A stretch of 64,000 nucleotides of DNA from Lama glama (taxonomy: Eukaryota): assembly GCA_028534125.1 (NCBI GenBank), contig CM052816.1, positions 41,294,001 through 41,358,000 of the forward strand. Direction: 5' to 3'. Of this stretch, positions 14,224 to 27,169 are shown one piece after another (the stretch's first letter is position 1; every line of letters starts with the position of its first letter). The position numbers were made by a program, and so were the translations under genes. Below the pieces are notes generated by a model that saw only the letters and a list, made by a program, of their open reading frames with translations, had not been told where the DNA came from and ran no database searches.

Positions 14224-15550
14224 TGTGATCTCCAAAGTAGCAGGTAATTTCCAGGTGTTTAGAATAATCTACTGAGATTTGAATATCTTAATTATTTTAA
14301 ATCTAAAAATAAAATAAGAAACTTTTGTTCAATTTAATAGGTGGGTTGGTCCAGGCACTCTGCTATGAAGTAACCTGCAGAAAGAATAATTCTACATTAG
14401 AGGATTTGATGACCCCACCCTCCCACGTTCATTGACTGGCAGCCTTTGTGGGCAACTGCAGCTAGATATTTTTGAATGTCATTGTGTTGCTACATTTACA
14501 AAAACAAAAATATTAGATGGTAGAATATTTATAATATTCTGTAATGATATTAGAAGTCACCAGAAAATTCTTTTCTACCACACCAGGTTCAATGGTTAGT
14601 GCAAGACAAGTCCTTAAGAAAATCTTTCAACTTAAATATGAGTTAATCATTGTTCTCATATAAGAAAATAAGAATTCCAAAACTGTTCACCTTTGCTGGA
14701 TAAGTGGCCTTCAGGAAGCTGCATCTAGCAAATGTTTTTGACAAAGTAAACATACTTAATAAATCCTTTCATCATAAAACTGGTATTTTAACAACAGTTG
14801 AGAGACCAACTTATTTTCAAAATAAAATTGAACATTTTGAAAATGAATGCTTGGAAATGTTTCCATGTTTAAGTGACTTTCTGGCTAAAACAGATGAATA
14901 TGATATCACAAAAACCCTCATATCTTTACACAAAAAAATTAGAAACAATTTTCTAATGTTTTGAAATTTTGCAAATAAAAAAGCTGAAAATATTCCATAA
15001 CTATTTTCTTTTGATGTAGAAGAACATCTTTTAACTGGTATATCAGAAAAAATGTATTAATATCAAGGAATGTGGAAATTAGCTACTTTTTAATTTAAAA
15101 CTTGTAAAATTAGATGATTTTTTAGTGAATTCCATGACTAATAAATGCAGCCAATGATACATTTCTTTCCTCTATTTCAATTTATCTTTGTGAGGTATCT
15201 TTAACTGAAGCATCTTTACCATGTTTTAAAAGCAAGATCTGACCTTAGATTTAAACCTTCAAATAACTGGATCACAAAGCGCTAAACCAAGTTTTTCAAA
15301 AAGAATGAAATATATTCATTTATATTTCTAGTAATAATTACACTAGTATTTTAAGTAAAAGCAAAACATTTTTTAAATTTCTAAATATTATTTATTTTAA
15401 TATTATTTGTGCTTTAATTCTCTATTTCTGTGTACTTTTTATAATGTATACAAAAACACCATGAAATTGTAAAACAAATAAAAGCAACAATTTGGAAAAC
15501 CATGCTCTAAAATACTTTACTGATAATAGAAAAATGCGGAAAAAGCTACT
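14224..15550 (+). mobile_element. hAT-Charlie DNA transposon fossil with degraded transposase
   Basis: Decayed Charlie/Buster motifs: ~14575 'YHTxVxWL' (cf. HTEVRWLSRG); ORF 14704-14964 'LANVFDKVNILNKSF..MFPCLSDFL' (cf. LADIFxxLNxLNxSLQ..MFPxL); ~15175 'SIYLCE' (cf. STYLCE). Confidence 0.7.
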
Positions 15551-18294
15551 TTAGATGGTGACACTTTAGTTGTCATAGCTATATTTCCTTGTTCAATTAA
15601 AATTGGTAAAGAAAGAACAAAAATTCCTTTTTCCAAGCCATTCATAATAAAATCATCTTATTTATATCTAAGTGACCTGGTGAAGTCCTTGTTGGTGACA
15701 TTTCATCGTGAGCCCTTTAACTTGCATAGTATCCCATGTTTGCAGTTTCTCTTTCCCACATCAGCTCTGAACTCTCCGTGGCTGAGGAACCTGGTCCCAC
15801 AAAACACTGACCTGCCTACTTCTGTTCTGTAGAGATAATACTGTACTGGTGCTGTGATAATCATACCTGTGTGAGATTCCTTTTCAAATCTATGGCTTCC
15901 AACAGTTTCAGGGAAGAAAAAAAATCCATAAGCTTTCCAAAAACCTTTTGATTTATATCAAAATCTCAAGAACAGTTGAGCCCGATTTAAGTTTTTGTAG
16001 CACCGTATTTTCAAGCATCCAAGGTACCTTTTGCTAAAAATGTTTTTACTTTGTTTCTCCCAAAACGCCAATGTACATTTGTAGCTATCTCCTTCACAAA
16101 TCCTAAACTTTATTGCATAGGTTTGTTTTTTTCCCCCCAGAGGCATGTAGCACTCAGAAATAGTCTGCCTACCTATGTGTCTATCTACAAGATTTTAATC
16201 AGAAAAATAGATGTGAACAGGCATAACTTAAACAGGAAAAAATTCACCAAGGGCACAACAACCTATTTACTCCTTTGCGTTGGTGCTGGTGGAGTAGAAT
16301 ACGGACTGCCTGCTGTTTCTGCAGACATGAGCCTCAGGTCTTTTCTAGAAACTACAGAAGGATTTGATAGAATAAACCCAGGTTTGGGATTCACAAAATG
16401 GACATTCAGAGGTTACATTCTGTCTTTGCCACATTTAACGGTAACTTTAATTCTCTGGTTCTTCATATATAAAGAAGGGCTACAAAATGTTTAACTTATA
16501 AGGTTAATAAAAGCATTATATGAAATAACCTATGATAAGTGCCTACGATAAGTGCATAGAGGGGCAGTAGGACCCTGGTACCTCATTTAGTTGCTCTTTT
16601 ATTGCACCATCCTCCAGCTCTCCTTGTAGGCAATTTTTTCAATAAACAGTAACTCATCCCTGCAATTTCATCCAGTTCCAACACCCCCTGGAAATATTGT
16701 TAGTAAAATCTGAATCCTCTTTGATCTTCTGTGTACTTCATTTGTTGTTGTAGGGGACAATAGTTTTGGAAATATTAAACCAATTTATGGTCCATGACCC
16801 CATAAATCACGTCCCCTTACCACTGCTCAGCCATAAGGTATTAGCCTTGAGGTTTATTGCATCAGAAAGAAGAGGGTGGGTTCAAAGAGGTCATGGAATT
16901 AAAAAAAATACAAGTTTATGTCATTAGGAAACTGGCTTTCAATAGCAAAGAGGGAGAATGGCAGAGATAAGCTGGAAGGGGTAAGCGGTGCCAAGAGTAG
17001 AGTAAAAAATGCGGGATGCCAAACTTTTATTACTCTCCCAGTTTGTTAGCAAGAGGCAATGATATCCAAGCATGAAAGAAGGTAAAGCTGAAATTAGATA
17101 GGCTTCTCCCCACTTACTACTAGAGATTCTGAAAGAAAATCATCTACCACAAGATGGAACAGTTGCATCAATATACAAATTGTGTGGAGAACATTTGGGC
17201 AGAAGACGATCAGAGGAAGCACCCCTTCCCAGAGACTCCTTTGGCTCCATGAGTTATGAAAAAGATTCAAGCAACGTACATGCTCTGAAGCCAGCAGCCC
17301 TGATGTAGGGTGAAGGTGAAGTGATTCAAGGGCTTGGGACTTGAGGGATGACATGACTGAGCCTCAGAGAACCACCAGGAACAGCAGATTTGAAGATGAG
17401 GCTCACTCAGCAGACAGACAGGCATTCTGCCATTCATTGGCCTTGCAGAGAGACCAGAATATGAGTGTCACTAGCTCAAAACACAATAGCATATGGAGAC
17501 CAGGGTGCACCAACCAAACAAGATAAGAGAACTCAGAGAACAGCAGGGGACCCTCACTTAGACAAATCATCCCTCACTCATCTCAGTGAGGAAGGTAAAC
17601 TTCCTCTTACTTCCAGACCTCATGTTAGAATACAGAAGGGGGGAAACAGTGAGATGAGAAATTTGAATAGACAGTTTAAAATTTACTCTTCATCTGTTTT
17701 AAATACGAAGAGAATAATGAATCTTCTTCTGGCAAGTCTGTATTCCCCTACCATCCCCCAAGCCTTCTACCTCAGCTACTACTGAGCAAAATGGGACCTT
17801 GAAATCAAAATGTTTTAGAAAATTTTAAATTTTCTTTTTTGCAGACATGTGTCAGTGCTTAAGCATGAAAGCCAACACAAAGGATCTGATGATCAAAGGA
17901 TAAGGGTCCCACAAATCAGAGGTCTTACTCACTATCAAACTATGTTAATAATCTCAAAAATAGACACACTCAGGAAGCACAGCTGAAGCAGGCAGATACT
18001 GCAGACATCTCATGTGGCTCCCCAGGTACGTTCTGTATGCGTGACGTGTGTGCTGTCTGGCTCAGAATAACAGAGGAGGCCCCCAAGTAAGGTCTGTAGG
18101 CCCTTCGTGCAGTGAGGAGTGTGTGAGCTGTGAAACATTTTGTACCAAGTCTTTGCAGGGCCTATGTGACAAGACATGTCCAGGAATCCATACCTCATAA
18201 ATCCTAACAGAGAAATGAGAAACAGCAAAGATGACTAATAAGAAGATATACAGATACATAGATATAGATAGACACAGATATAGATACAGATAAA

Positions 18295-19070
18295 CACAAA
18301 TCAAAGGAAAGCTTGAGTGTCTGTATTAATATCTCACAAAGCAAATCTCAGAATAAAAAATGTATGTATTTACCAAGGATAAAGAGGGTTATTTCATAAT
18401 GACAAAGGCATTAGTTCATCAAAAAAATGTAATAATTCTAAGAGTTCCGTACCTAACAACAGACCTTAAAAATACATAAAGCAAAATCTGACAGAACTGT
18501 AAGGAAATATAAAAATGGACAAATCCATAATTAGAGTTAGCAATTTCAATACCGGTCTCTCAATTATATATATAAAAGTAGACAGAAAATCAGTAAGGGC
18601 ATTGTTATGAGTTATATTGTATCCTACATAAATTCTTTGTCCTAACTCCCAGCATAGAAATAATGTTATATGAAGTTTGCTGTTATGCGGCCACTAGCCA
18701 AAGATCTACCAGACGCTAGGAGAGAGGCCTAGAATAAATTCTTTCTTAGAGCCTTCAGAGGAAGCATGGCTCTGCCAATACTTTGATCTCAGACTTTAAG
18801 ATACTCAGTTTGTGGTATTTCGTATGAAAGCCCTAGCAAGCTAATACAGATAGAGAGAACTTGCACAACATTATCAACCACCTTGATCTACTTGACATTT
18901 ATAGAATAGTCTACCTAACAATAGCAGAATAAAAATATTTTTTTAAGTGCAAATGGAACGTTTTCTAAAATAGGCCATATTCTGGTTCAGAAAACCAAGG
19001 ACACAAGTCACATCACAAGTATACTCTTTAACCACAATAGAATTAAATTAAAAACTAATAACAAAAAGTT
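18295..19070 (+). mobile_element. Old L1 ORF2 endonuclease-region remnant, split by an MLT1 LTR
   Basis: aaggataaagagggttatttcataatgacaaagg..gcaatttcaatacc..agacagaaaatcagtaagg|LTR|..cttgacatttatagaa..ccacaatagaattaaattaaaa. Confidence 0.75.
18603..18848 (+). mobile_element. MaLR solo LTR (MLT1B-like, internally deleted)
   Basis: tgttatgagtt start; gctaggagagaggcctagaa..gagccttcagaggaagcatggc; ends gccctagcaagctaataca. Confidence 0.8.
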
Positions 19071-20719
19071 GTAATTTTTTCTTTTGCTCTTTTGGCACAT
19101 AAATTATGTTTCAATATTTACATACATTGTAGAACGTGATGTCCAGATGATCTTATTGTAGATTTGAGATATAGATTTACAACAAAGAACTTGAGAGAGA
19201 CCAACAAAAGGGTCTTCCATTTTAACCCGGATAGGATTGAGGCAAAAGGCTTTGTAAAGTGCATACCATGTTAACCAGAGTACCTGTGATTAAATTATAC
19301 AAAAAGCATGTGCACTCAAATGTGCCCTATTGCTTTGCTCATAACCATATATAATGAAACAATGTAAATGTCAATATTAATTATTTTCATACCAAAAAAA
19401 AAGAAAGTGAAAAAGAAAATACAATCTGAATAAGCATTAGGATGTTGATCAGTTAGTTACAAGTGCTCCAGTTTAAATCCATCAATAGCTTACCTTATAC
19501 TCCAAGAAATCCTGCATTAACTAAAAAATAATCTAAAAATTCAAATGTTATAATCCCAAACCATCAATTTTTGGAGAAAATATAAAGTCAATAAAACATT
19601 TAATCCCTTTAAGCTACACAATAGTAATAAACCATTATCATTTTACATTTTACATATTTCTATCATTTTATAGAAAGACTCCAATTTACAAAGTGACTTC
19701 TCATAAATTACCTGATTAAAGTTTCAGTATGTCCATAAAATAACCAGGATGAGGATTATGTTCAGTTTCCAGAGGAAGAAATCAAGTCAAAGAGCTAAGG
19801 AAATACAAAAGCTGGAGCTTGGAATCAGTTCTTCTAATGCTTCATTGGATTACTCAAATAGATGTGATTTACAATGAACATTTTCTCTGATCTACGAAAT
19901 GAAGTTTTATGTATGAAAGTAGATTAATTTATCAACATATTTTTATCACATAACTAAAAATAGTCAATAGAAAAAAATTGTTCCAAACTACACTTGGAAA
20001 GTTTCACTCAATTTAATTCCCCTCAGTTTTTGAGTGAAATCTGTGTTACATATCACAATCCCAAAGTGAATGAGTTACAAAGATCAAAACAAAAATCACA
20101 GTGCCTGGTCCAATACAGGGCAAATGCCCCACTAATTTTCTCTTACGTGTACCCATCCAATTTTCTTTTCCATTTTTAAGGTCCACGAATCCCATTACAG
20201 TGTAGTCATTGTAATGAATTCAGAAATAAATAAATAAAATGAAGCAGGCTTTGCCTCACAGCAGATATTTGCATTACATCCATGAGAATTTGCTGTTATT
20301 AAATTAGCTGCAGGAGGGCTTTTTTATTGCCTCCTAAATGCAAGAGAAATAGTCAAACCAAATAAAATCCCATTTTTAACAACCAAATATTACAGTAAAA
20401 AAGGTCAAGTACACCTGTTTCACGTATTACATGCATGGAAATTTTGATACAGAGCAACCTTTAATTTTCAATTAAAAATGCCAATAACGCTTGCCCTATA
20501 TTTTAAATTCAGATCTCCCAAATAAAGAAGATATTAAAATTGCATAATACTGAAGTTTGTGTAATAAAGAAAATGACGACCTCAATAAGCTTAATGGCAT
20601 ATCATTTAGTTTTCCTGCCTTCTTTATTGCCCACAGTAATACCCCCGTTAACCAAATAACCAGCCAAGAGCCAAAAAGTAAGCCACGCATCACAGTACGA
20701 AAAACTGAACTTCAGAGTC

Positions 20720-20912
20720 AGATAGAACTGATTGTGAATCCCGGCGCAGTCATTTGCTAGCAACGTGATTGTGAACAAGTTGCTTAGCCTCATCTGTAAA
20801 ACAGAGATAATGAGAGCTATTTCTTATGGCTACACAGCTTAAATAAGAAGTGAATAAAACATGTAGTATGGCTTCTGCACATAATAAGTACTCAGTCGTT
20901 ATTATTGTTATT
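20720..20912 (+). mobile_element. MIR SINE
   Basis: gaatcccggc..gaacaagttgcttagcctcatctgtaaaacagagataat..gcacataataagtactca. Confidence 0.7.
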
Positions 20913-21657
20913 AAGCTGCTACCTCATAAAACTAAAATTTTACTCACAGGAGAACCATGGATATAATTAACCAAGGGCCTATTTGCTCTTGTACACATGG
21001 CTCTAAATATTTTACTTTGCCTAATTCTCAGGACTAATTTTTTATTTACTCATCCAGCATCTATTATTATTAAGTTCCAACTATATGTCAGGCACTGATT
21101 TAAGCACTGCGGATATAAAAGTAAACAAACAAATAAAAATATTTACTCTCATGGGCAATATAAAAGGTACACAGGTGAAATATATAGTCTGTTAAATAGT
21201 AATGAGGGCTAGAAAATAAATGCAAAACAGGAAAGGGGGCAGACTGTTGCAGGTGGGTGTGAAGGTCCAATGTGACCAGTCTTTGATTTCCATTGAGAAA
21301 GCAGCATTTGAGTAAAGACATACAGGAGGTGGAGGAAGAAGCTCTGTAAAGTGGTAAGACTGTGGTTACATTGTGAAGGTCCAGTCAGTAAGATCGGACA
21401 GATTGGATGTAGGTTGTAAGAAAAAAAAAGAAAAATCAAAGATGATTCCAAGATTTTTTTGCCTCAGCAACTAGAAGAATGCAGCTGCAATTTACCAGGA
21501 TGGGCAAGATTAGGAGAGCAGAAGGTTGGGGGAAAAAACAGGGGAAACTCAGTCTGGAACATACTAATTTTGAAATAACCATCAGACATATAAGTAGACA
21601 TTTCAGGTAGTCAATTAAATACATAAATCATGAATTCAGAGAAAAGACCACCCTAGA

Positions 21658-21888
21658 CTACTCCTACATTATTTTTAGCATAATCACAATACTATAATTC
21701 ACTTTACAATATGATGTTTAAATTGCTTTGATTTTTAATTTGCTTAAATAGTAGATCATTGTCTTTTAAATAGCCCTACAACTACAAAATTGGATTCATT
21801 TATTAATTTATAATAATGATGCAATTGTAGAGAACCTGAAAATACTTTCAATTTCAATAAAACCATGATCTTAATGTGAAAAAAAAAA
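21658..21888 (+). pseudogene. Polyadenylated, TSD-flanked ~220-bp retroposed non-repeat fragment (5'-truncated retrocopy or orphan transduction)
   Basis: TSD aaaagaccaccctaga (21642-21657) / aaaagaccatcctaga (21885-21900), AATAAA at 21856-21861, A10 at 21879-21888; interrupts L2. Confidence 0.75.
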
Positions 21889-22930
21889 GACCATCCTAGA
21901 AATACATTTGGTAGCCACCAGACTATTGTCAACATAATCCATGAAACTTGTTAAGATCTTTAAGGCTCATTAAGAGTTGGATGTATATAGAAATTTAAAA
22001 AGGACCAAGGACTGGGACCTCGGCCCTCTATCATTCAGAAATCAGAGACATGAAGGAAAAAATAAAACCCAGCAGAGATGACTAATAAGAAAAGGTCAGT
22101 GAGAAAGGAGAAAAACTAGGAGCAGCAGTGTCCAGGAAGCCAAGCCACAAAAAGTGCATCAAAAGAAAGAAGAAATCAGTGGTGCCAAATGCTTTTGAAG
22201 GGTCAGTAGTGTGAGGACTGAGAAGTATCCACTGGATTTAACAATATAGAAGTCAATTGGTACCTTGATAAGACATGTTTCCTTGGAGTGGTGGGAGCAA
22301 AAGACAGATTTGAATTAAGAAAAACTAAGGCAGGAAGTATTGAGAAAGTTTTCAGGAGTTTTACCACAAAGGAGGAAAACAGATGGTAGTAGAAAGGAAA
22401 GTAAGTCAGGAAGAATTTTGTTGTTGTTTTTAAGATGAGGGACGTTTCAGCATGTTGTGTACTGATGAGAAAGGTCTAATAGATGAGGAAACCTGATGAT
22501 GTAGAAAAAAGGACTATCATTATAGCAATGACCTTAGGTAATAATAAAAAGGGATGTGAGCTGGTGCAAAGCAGATGGATAATAAGAGGTAGGAAGACAG
22601 TGTATATTGATGCTAATGTTCATTGGTAGATAGAGAGAGAGAGAAATGGCAGTGGAACCTTATAGAAACTCTCCTGGTTGCTTCTAATTTCTCAGTAATA
22701 GAGAAAACAAGATTATAGCTAAGAATGAAATGTGGGTTTGAAAAAATTAGACTAAGGTATGAAACAATAGTTGAGGAGAGAGAAAGTAAAATGCACTTCA
22801 GAATGGAGTAGGACAATCTAGCAGCATTAAGGGCCAATAGAGATAAATGATCATAAATTTAAAATAAAATCATGAATTAAAAAGCATAATATGATATATG
22901 ACATATAGTCTTAAAAAGAAATAAAGTTCT

Positions 22931-23429
22931 TCCACCAACAGATGACTGGATAAAGAAGATGTGGTATATTTATACAATGGAATACTATTCAGCCATAAAA
23001 ACTGACAACATAACGCCATTTGCAGCAACATGAATGTTCCTGGAGTATGTCATTCTAAGTGAAGTAAGCCAGAAAGAGAAAGAAAAGTATCATATGAGAT
23101 GGCTCATATGCGGAATCTAAAAAAACCCACAAAAACAAAAAAACACAATACAAAACAGAAACAGACTCATAGACACAGAATACAAACTTGTGGTTGCCAG
23201 GGGGACGGGGGTTGGGAAGGGACAGACTGGGATTTCAAAATGTAGACTAGAACAAGATTGTACTGTGTCACACAGGGAAATATATACAGGATCTTGTGGT
23301 GGCTCACAGCGAAAGAGAATGTGACAATGAATGTATGTATGTTCATGTATAACTAAAAAATTGTGCTCTACACTGGAATTTGACACACCATTGTAAAATG
23401 ACTATAGCTCAATAAAAAAAATGTTAAAT
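22931..23429 (+). mobile_element. Young camelid L1 3' end
   Basis: Same subfamily as the 11864 copy; TSD aaaaagaaataaagttct (22913-22930) / aaaaagaaataaaattct (23430-23447). Confidence 0.92.
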
Positions 23430-23447
23430 AAAAAGAAATAAAATTCT

Positions 23448-23777
23448 GACCCATGTTACCACATCGATGAACTTTGCAAACACTGTATTAAGTGAAATAA
23501 ACCAGTCATAAAAGAACAAATACTGGATGATTCCACTTATATGAGGTACCTAGAGTAGTCAGGAGGTAGAATGGGGGTTGCTGGGGCTTTGGGGGAGTGA
23601 GGAATAAAAAGTTATTCTTTAATGGATAGAGTTTCAGTTTGGGAAGATGAAAAAATTCCAGAGATGGATGATGGTAATGGTTGTACAACAATGAGAATGG
23701 ACTCAATGCCAGGGAATTGTACACTTCAAAATATAAAATGGTAAATTTTATGTTATATATGTTTTATCACAATAAAA
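23448..23777 (+). mobile_element. L1MB-type 3' end (host of the 22931 L1)
   Basis: gattccacttatatgaggtacctagagtagtca..agtttcagtttgggaagatgaaaaa..ggtaaattttatgttatatatgttttatcacaataaaa. Confidence 0.8.
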
Positions 23778-24157
23778 CTTCTCGTGTCAGGAGAAAAACA
23801 TCAAATACAGCAAAATCAGACAGTATGGTTGTGTGTTATTCTCCATCCATGTTCAGCTATGCAGACATAGAGCTGGGGAGAGTTGGATTTAAGCAACATT
23901 ACTGTTTCGCTTTCCAATATCAAGTAAGAAGTCATTAAAATATAAACCATGTAACTTAAAACAAACAAAAATGAGGGAACTGAGGACACAAAGAGGGTTG
24001 CAGTCACTAAAATTCTAGTGGAATCATACCTGATAGGACTGGAAGATTACTGGAGTTGAGATATTTGAGAACATAAGCTGAAAAAAACAGATGATATTCA
24101 GGGAGAGGGTTGAATATTAAGATTGAAATTAAGATTATGGCAATATTAATTCATGTG

Positions 24158-24550
24158 TCAGAGAAAGACAAATATTATATGGTATCAGTTATATGCAGAT
24201 TCTAAAAAAAAGATGATACAAATTCTATTTATAAGCCAAAAACAGACACACAGACATAGAAAGCAAACTATGGTTACTAAAGGGGAAAGGGCAGGAAAGG
24301 ATAAATTAGGGGTTGGGGATTAACAGACTCACATTGCTATACATAAAATAGATAAACAACAAGGACCCACTGTACAGCACAGAAAACTGTATTCAGTTTC
24401 TTTTAATAACATATAATGGAAAAAAATCTGAAAAGAAAAAAAATATACATATATATGTAATGTATAACTGAACCACATTGCTGAACACCTGAAACTAACA
24501 TTATAAATCAACTACACTTTAATTAAAAATTTTAAATAAATAAATAAATA
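24158..24550 (+). mobile_element. Artiodactyl-type L1 3' end
   Basis: cagagaaagacaaatattatatggtatc..ggataaattaggggttggggattaacagac..(taaa)n tail. Confidence 0.85.
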
Positions 24551-24564
24551 AATTATGTGTACTG

Positions 24565-24778
24565 TACTATATATAAAATAGATAAACAACAAGGACCTAC
24601 TGTATAGCACAGAGTTCTATATTCAGTATCTTGTAATGACCTATAATGGAAAAGAATCTGAAAGAGAATACACATATACACACACATATGTATATATTTA
24701 TATGACTGAAGCACGTTGCTGTACACTTGAAACTAACACAACATTGTAAGTCAACTATACTTCAATTAAAAAAAAATG
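24565..24778 (+). mobile_element. Second artiodactyl-type L1 3' end, inserted at the tail of the previous one
   Basis: TSD tatgtgtactg at 24554-24564 and 24779-24789. Confidence 0.85.
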
Positions 24779-27169
24779 TATGTGTACTGACAGAGCCTAA
24801 AACATGACCATGGGAGAGAAAAATTTAGGGATGGCTGAGGACAAAAATCAGTAGAGAAGAGTAGGTCAAGGAACTGTTGGGAGGGATGTTGGAAATATCA
24901 TCTATGCATATACTGAAATTATCAAGAATTGTAACAACAGTATTATTGTAAAGAGTGTCAGTAAACTAAGAGGTAAATTTTTCAGGGAATAAAAGGTAGC
25001 GGGGTGGGGTTGAAGAAGATGGTGACAATGGATAGTTGCAACAAGGAAGAGTCGTCGGCAATAATACAGTCTGGGGAAATAATACTTACAGCTGAGTGCC
25101 TCTGAGGAGAAGAAGGAAGAATAATTGGAATCAGCAAGGAGAACATATATTCCATGTGCAGGTTCAAAGGTCTATAATGCATGAGAGAAAACACAGCTCC
25201 GTTTGGGAGAGCTGCAGGGGAAGAAGTGTCCGGATCCAGTTAGAACACAGCACTAAGGTTATGTTCAGGGAAGAGGCCAGTGATAAAGGGGGGGTTGCCA
25301 GTGGCTGATGTTAAAGTCTAATCAGCCAAGGACCACAGGGAACAAAAGGGTAGTCTGACAAAATCGGATTCATCAGAGGAATCCTGCCATGCCCCTTTCA
25401 ACAAGAAGGCAGAGGCAAACATGCTTTGTAAGGGTTGGGCTCCTGCTGAAGGATTCTGAGGAGGGACCAAAGGAAGTGAGAATCAGTTCTAGATTGGTTG
25501 CAGTTTCTAAGGTGGAATTTGGAAAAGCAATAATTAACTGTTATGAAATAAGGGTGACTTAGCCATTGAGTGTCCCTAATAGATGCATGTAGCAAAGTGG
25601 GTCTAGGACGTCACTGGTAAGAAAGCAATAACCATTCAAAGAGGGGAGCCTTGTGGTATTTTTCAGTCACTGCATAACCTCTGCAGAAATACTACTTCCT
25701 ATTAACTGTGTAGCTGGCTTTGTCTGACTTCCTGGCCTGGTGAACAGCAAGGAATGCTTTTTTCTTTTTTCAGTCTGAGCAGATATTCACTCTTTCAGCC
25801 CCAGACAGACTTTGACTTCTTCACCGAAAATGAATTCATTCAGGTACATTGGAGAAAACGCAGAAGAGGGGGCAGGAGTGAGAGATGGGGCCAAAAAGGA
25901 CCTATCTTGGACAAAGGGGATTTAAGTTTAGGAAATGAGTGATAACCTGAAAGCACTGACTTGTTGATTACTTGAAATGACTCTCCTGAACTGCACTGTG
26001 GGGGAAAGATGCTGAGTGTCGGGTGGAGTCGGGGAGGCAGGAGGTCTCTCCGGCAGCACTTAGAGTCCGGCAGTGCCTGCCTCGCCACTGCTGAGGGAGG
26101 TCTGCAGAAAGGCAGGCTTATTTGGAGTGCTCTGGCCCTCTCTTGACATCCATGAGAAAGCAGCAAATAAAAGGAAGAAAACATCTGGTATGAGTGTGGC
26201 CTCATAGTGAAGAGAAATGACGGCAGATGAAGAAATAAAAATTGTAAAATCAATCAAATTTCAAAATACACAACAATTTGGAATTATTTGATAGAAAGGC
26301 AAATAAACCAGGACACAGCATATTCCCTGAAGTCATCATAGTCTTATAGCAGAGCACAATTAATATTCTTAATGGTGTCCCTGAATTACCAATAAAATGG
26401 AAAATTATGGTGAGTATGCTCTTTACAAAGCAATAAGGTAGAGCCAGAATATATTTTATATTTCCTTCTGTTTATAATAAACCATCCATCTCTTCTTCTT
26501 CTTCACTAGTTTCTTCCCCATTAAATGTATTTTTAAAACATTCATGTCATGAAATATGCTTAAAGGGTTAAAACTAAAAGACTAAGCCCTCAGCTATACA
26601 GAAAATGGCTCCTCAGACAGATTATTACTCCAAAGGTTGTCCAGTGAGTGCATTGGAACATGACATGTCCCCATGTTCACATTCTAACAGGTCCCTTCTA
26701 CCAGCACCACCCTTGAAAGAAAAGTATTGGGGAGATAGAGACGAAGAAGATGGTTCCTGCTTCCTGGCGCTCCACATGTAGCACAGATTTGTAACATTAA
26801 ACTCACCTTTGCATGTTTTACAGTTTACTCACTGCTTTCATGGGCATCCTACCATTTGGTTCTTACAAATAACCTGTAAAGAGATGTAATCTCATTTTGC
26901 AATGGCAGAGACTATGCTTCAGGGAGTTTAAGAAACTTGTCCAAAATCACAAGAGTAGAGAACTTCAATTTGGGTCTCAACCTTCACAACTGAACAACTC
27001 CTCTGGCAAGGGAGGAGCAGGGAGCAGCTACACGAGTATGAGGGGTTTAGGAAGGGCGACCATAACTCAGTCTCCCCCGTACCATCAGGGAAGAGAGGAC
27101 GGATAAGACAGATCAAGAATGAGAAGGCGTCTGCATCTCAAACACAGATGTGATACAGGAAGCAACCAA

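Larger units (their letters stand above)
21040..25310 (-). mobile_element. Long L2 LINE relic interrupted by several younger insertions
   Basis: L2 3' end (ttactcatccagcatctattattattaagttccaactatatgtcaggcactg), then purine-rich L2 body motifs (aaagatgattccaagattttttgcctcagcaactagaagaatg; gaggactgagaagtatccactggattta). Continuation at ~23960-24150 and ~24790-25310 is less certain. Confidence 0.65.

Noticed and set aside
16051..16494. 147-aa ORF
   Set aside because: Non-ATG start, runs into MIR-like sequence, no recognisable domain.
21733..21748. 16-mer ttttaatttgcttaaa shared with the hairpin arm at 43622-43637
   Set aside because: Low-complexity AT-rich match, plausible by chance in 64 kb; the flanks do not align.
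25840..26253. 137-aa minus-strand ORF in a GC-richer patch
   Set aside because: No recognisable homology or coherent exon boundaries; chance ORF.
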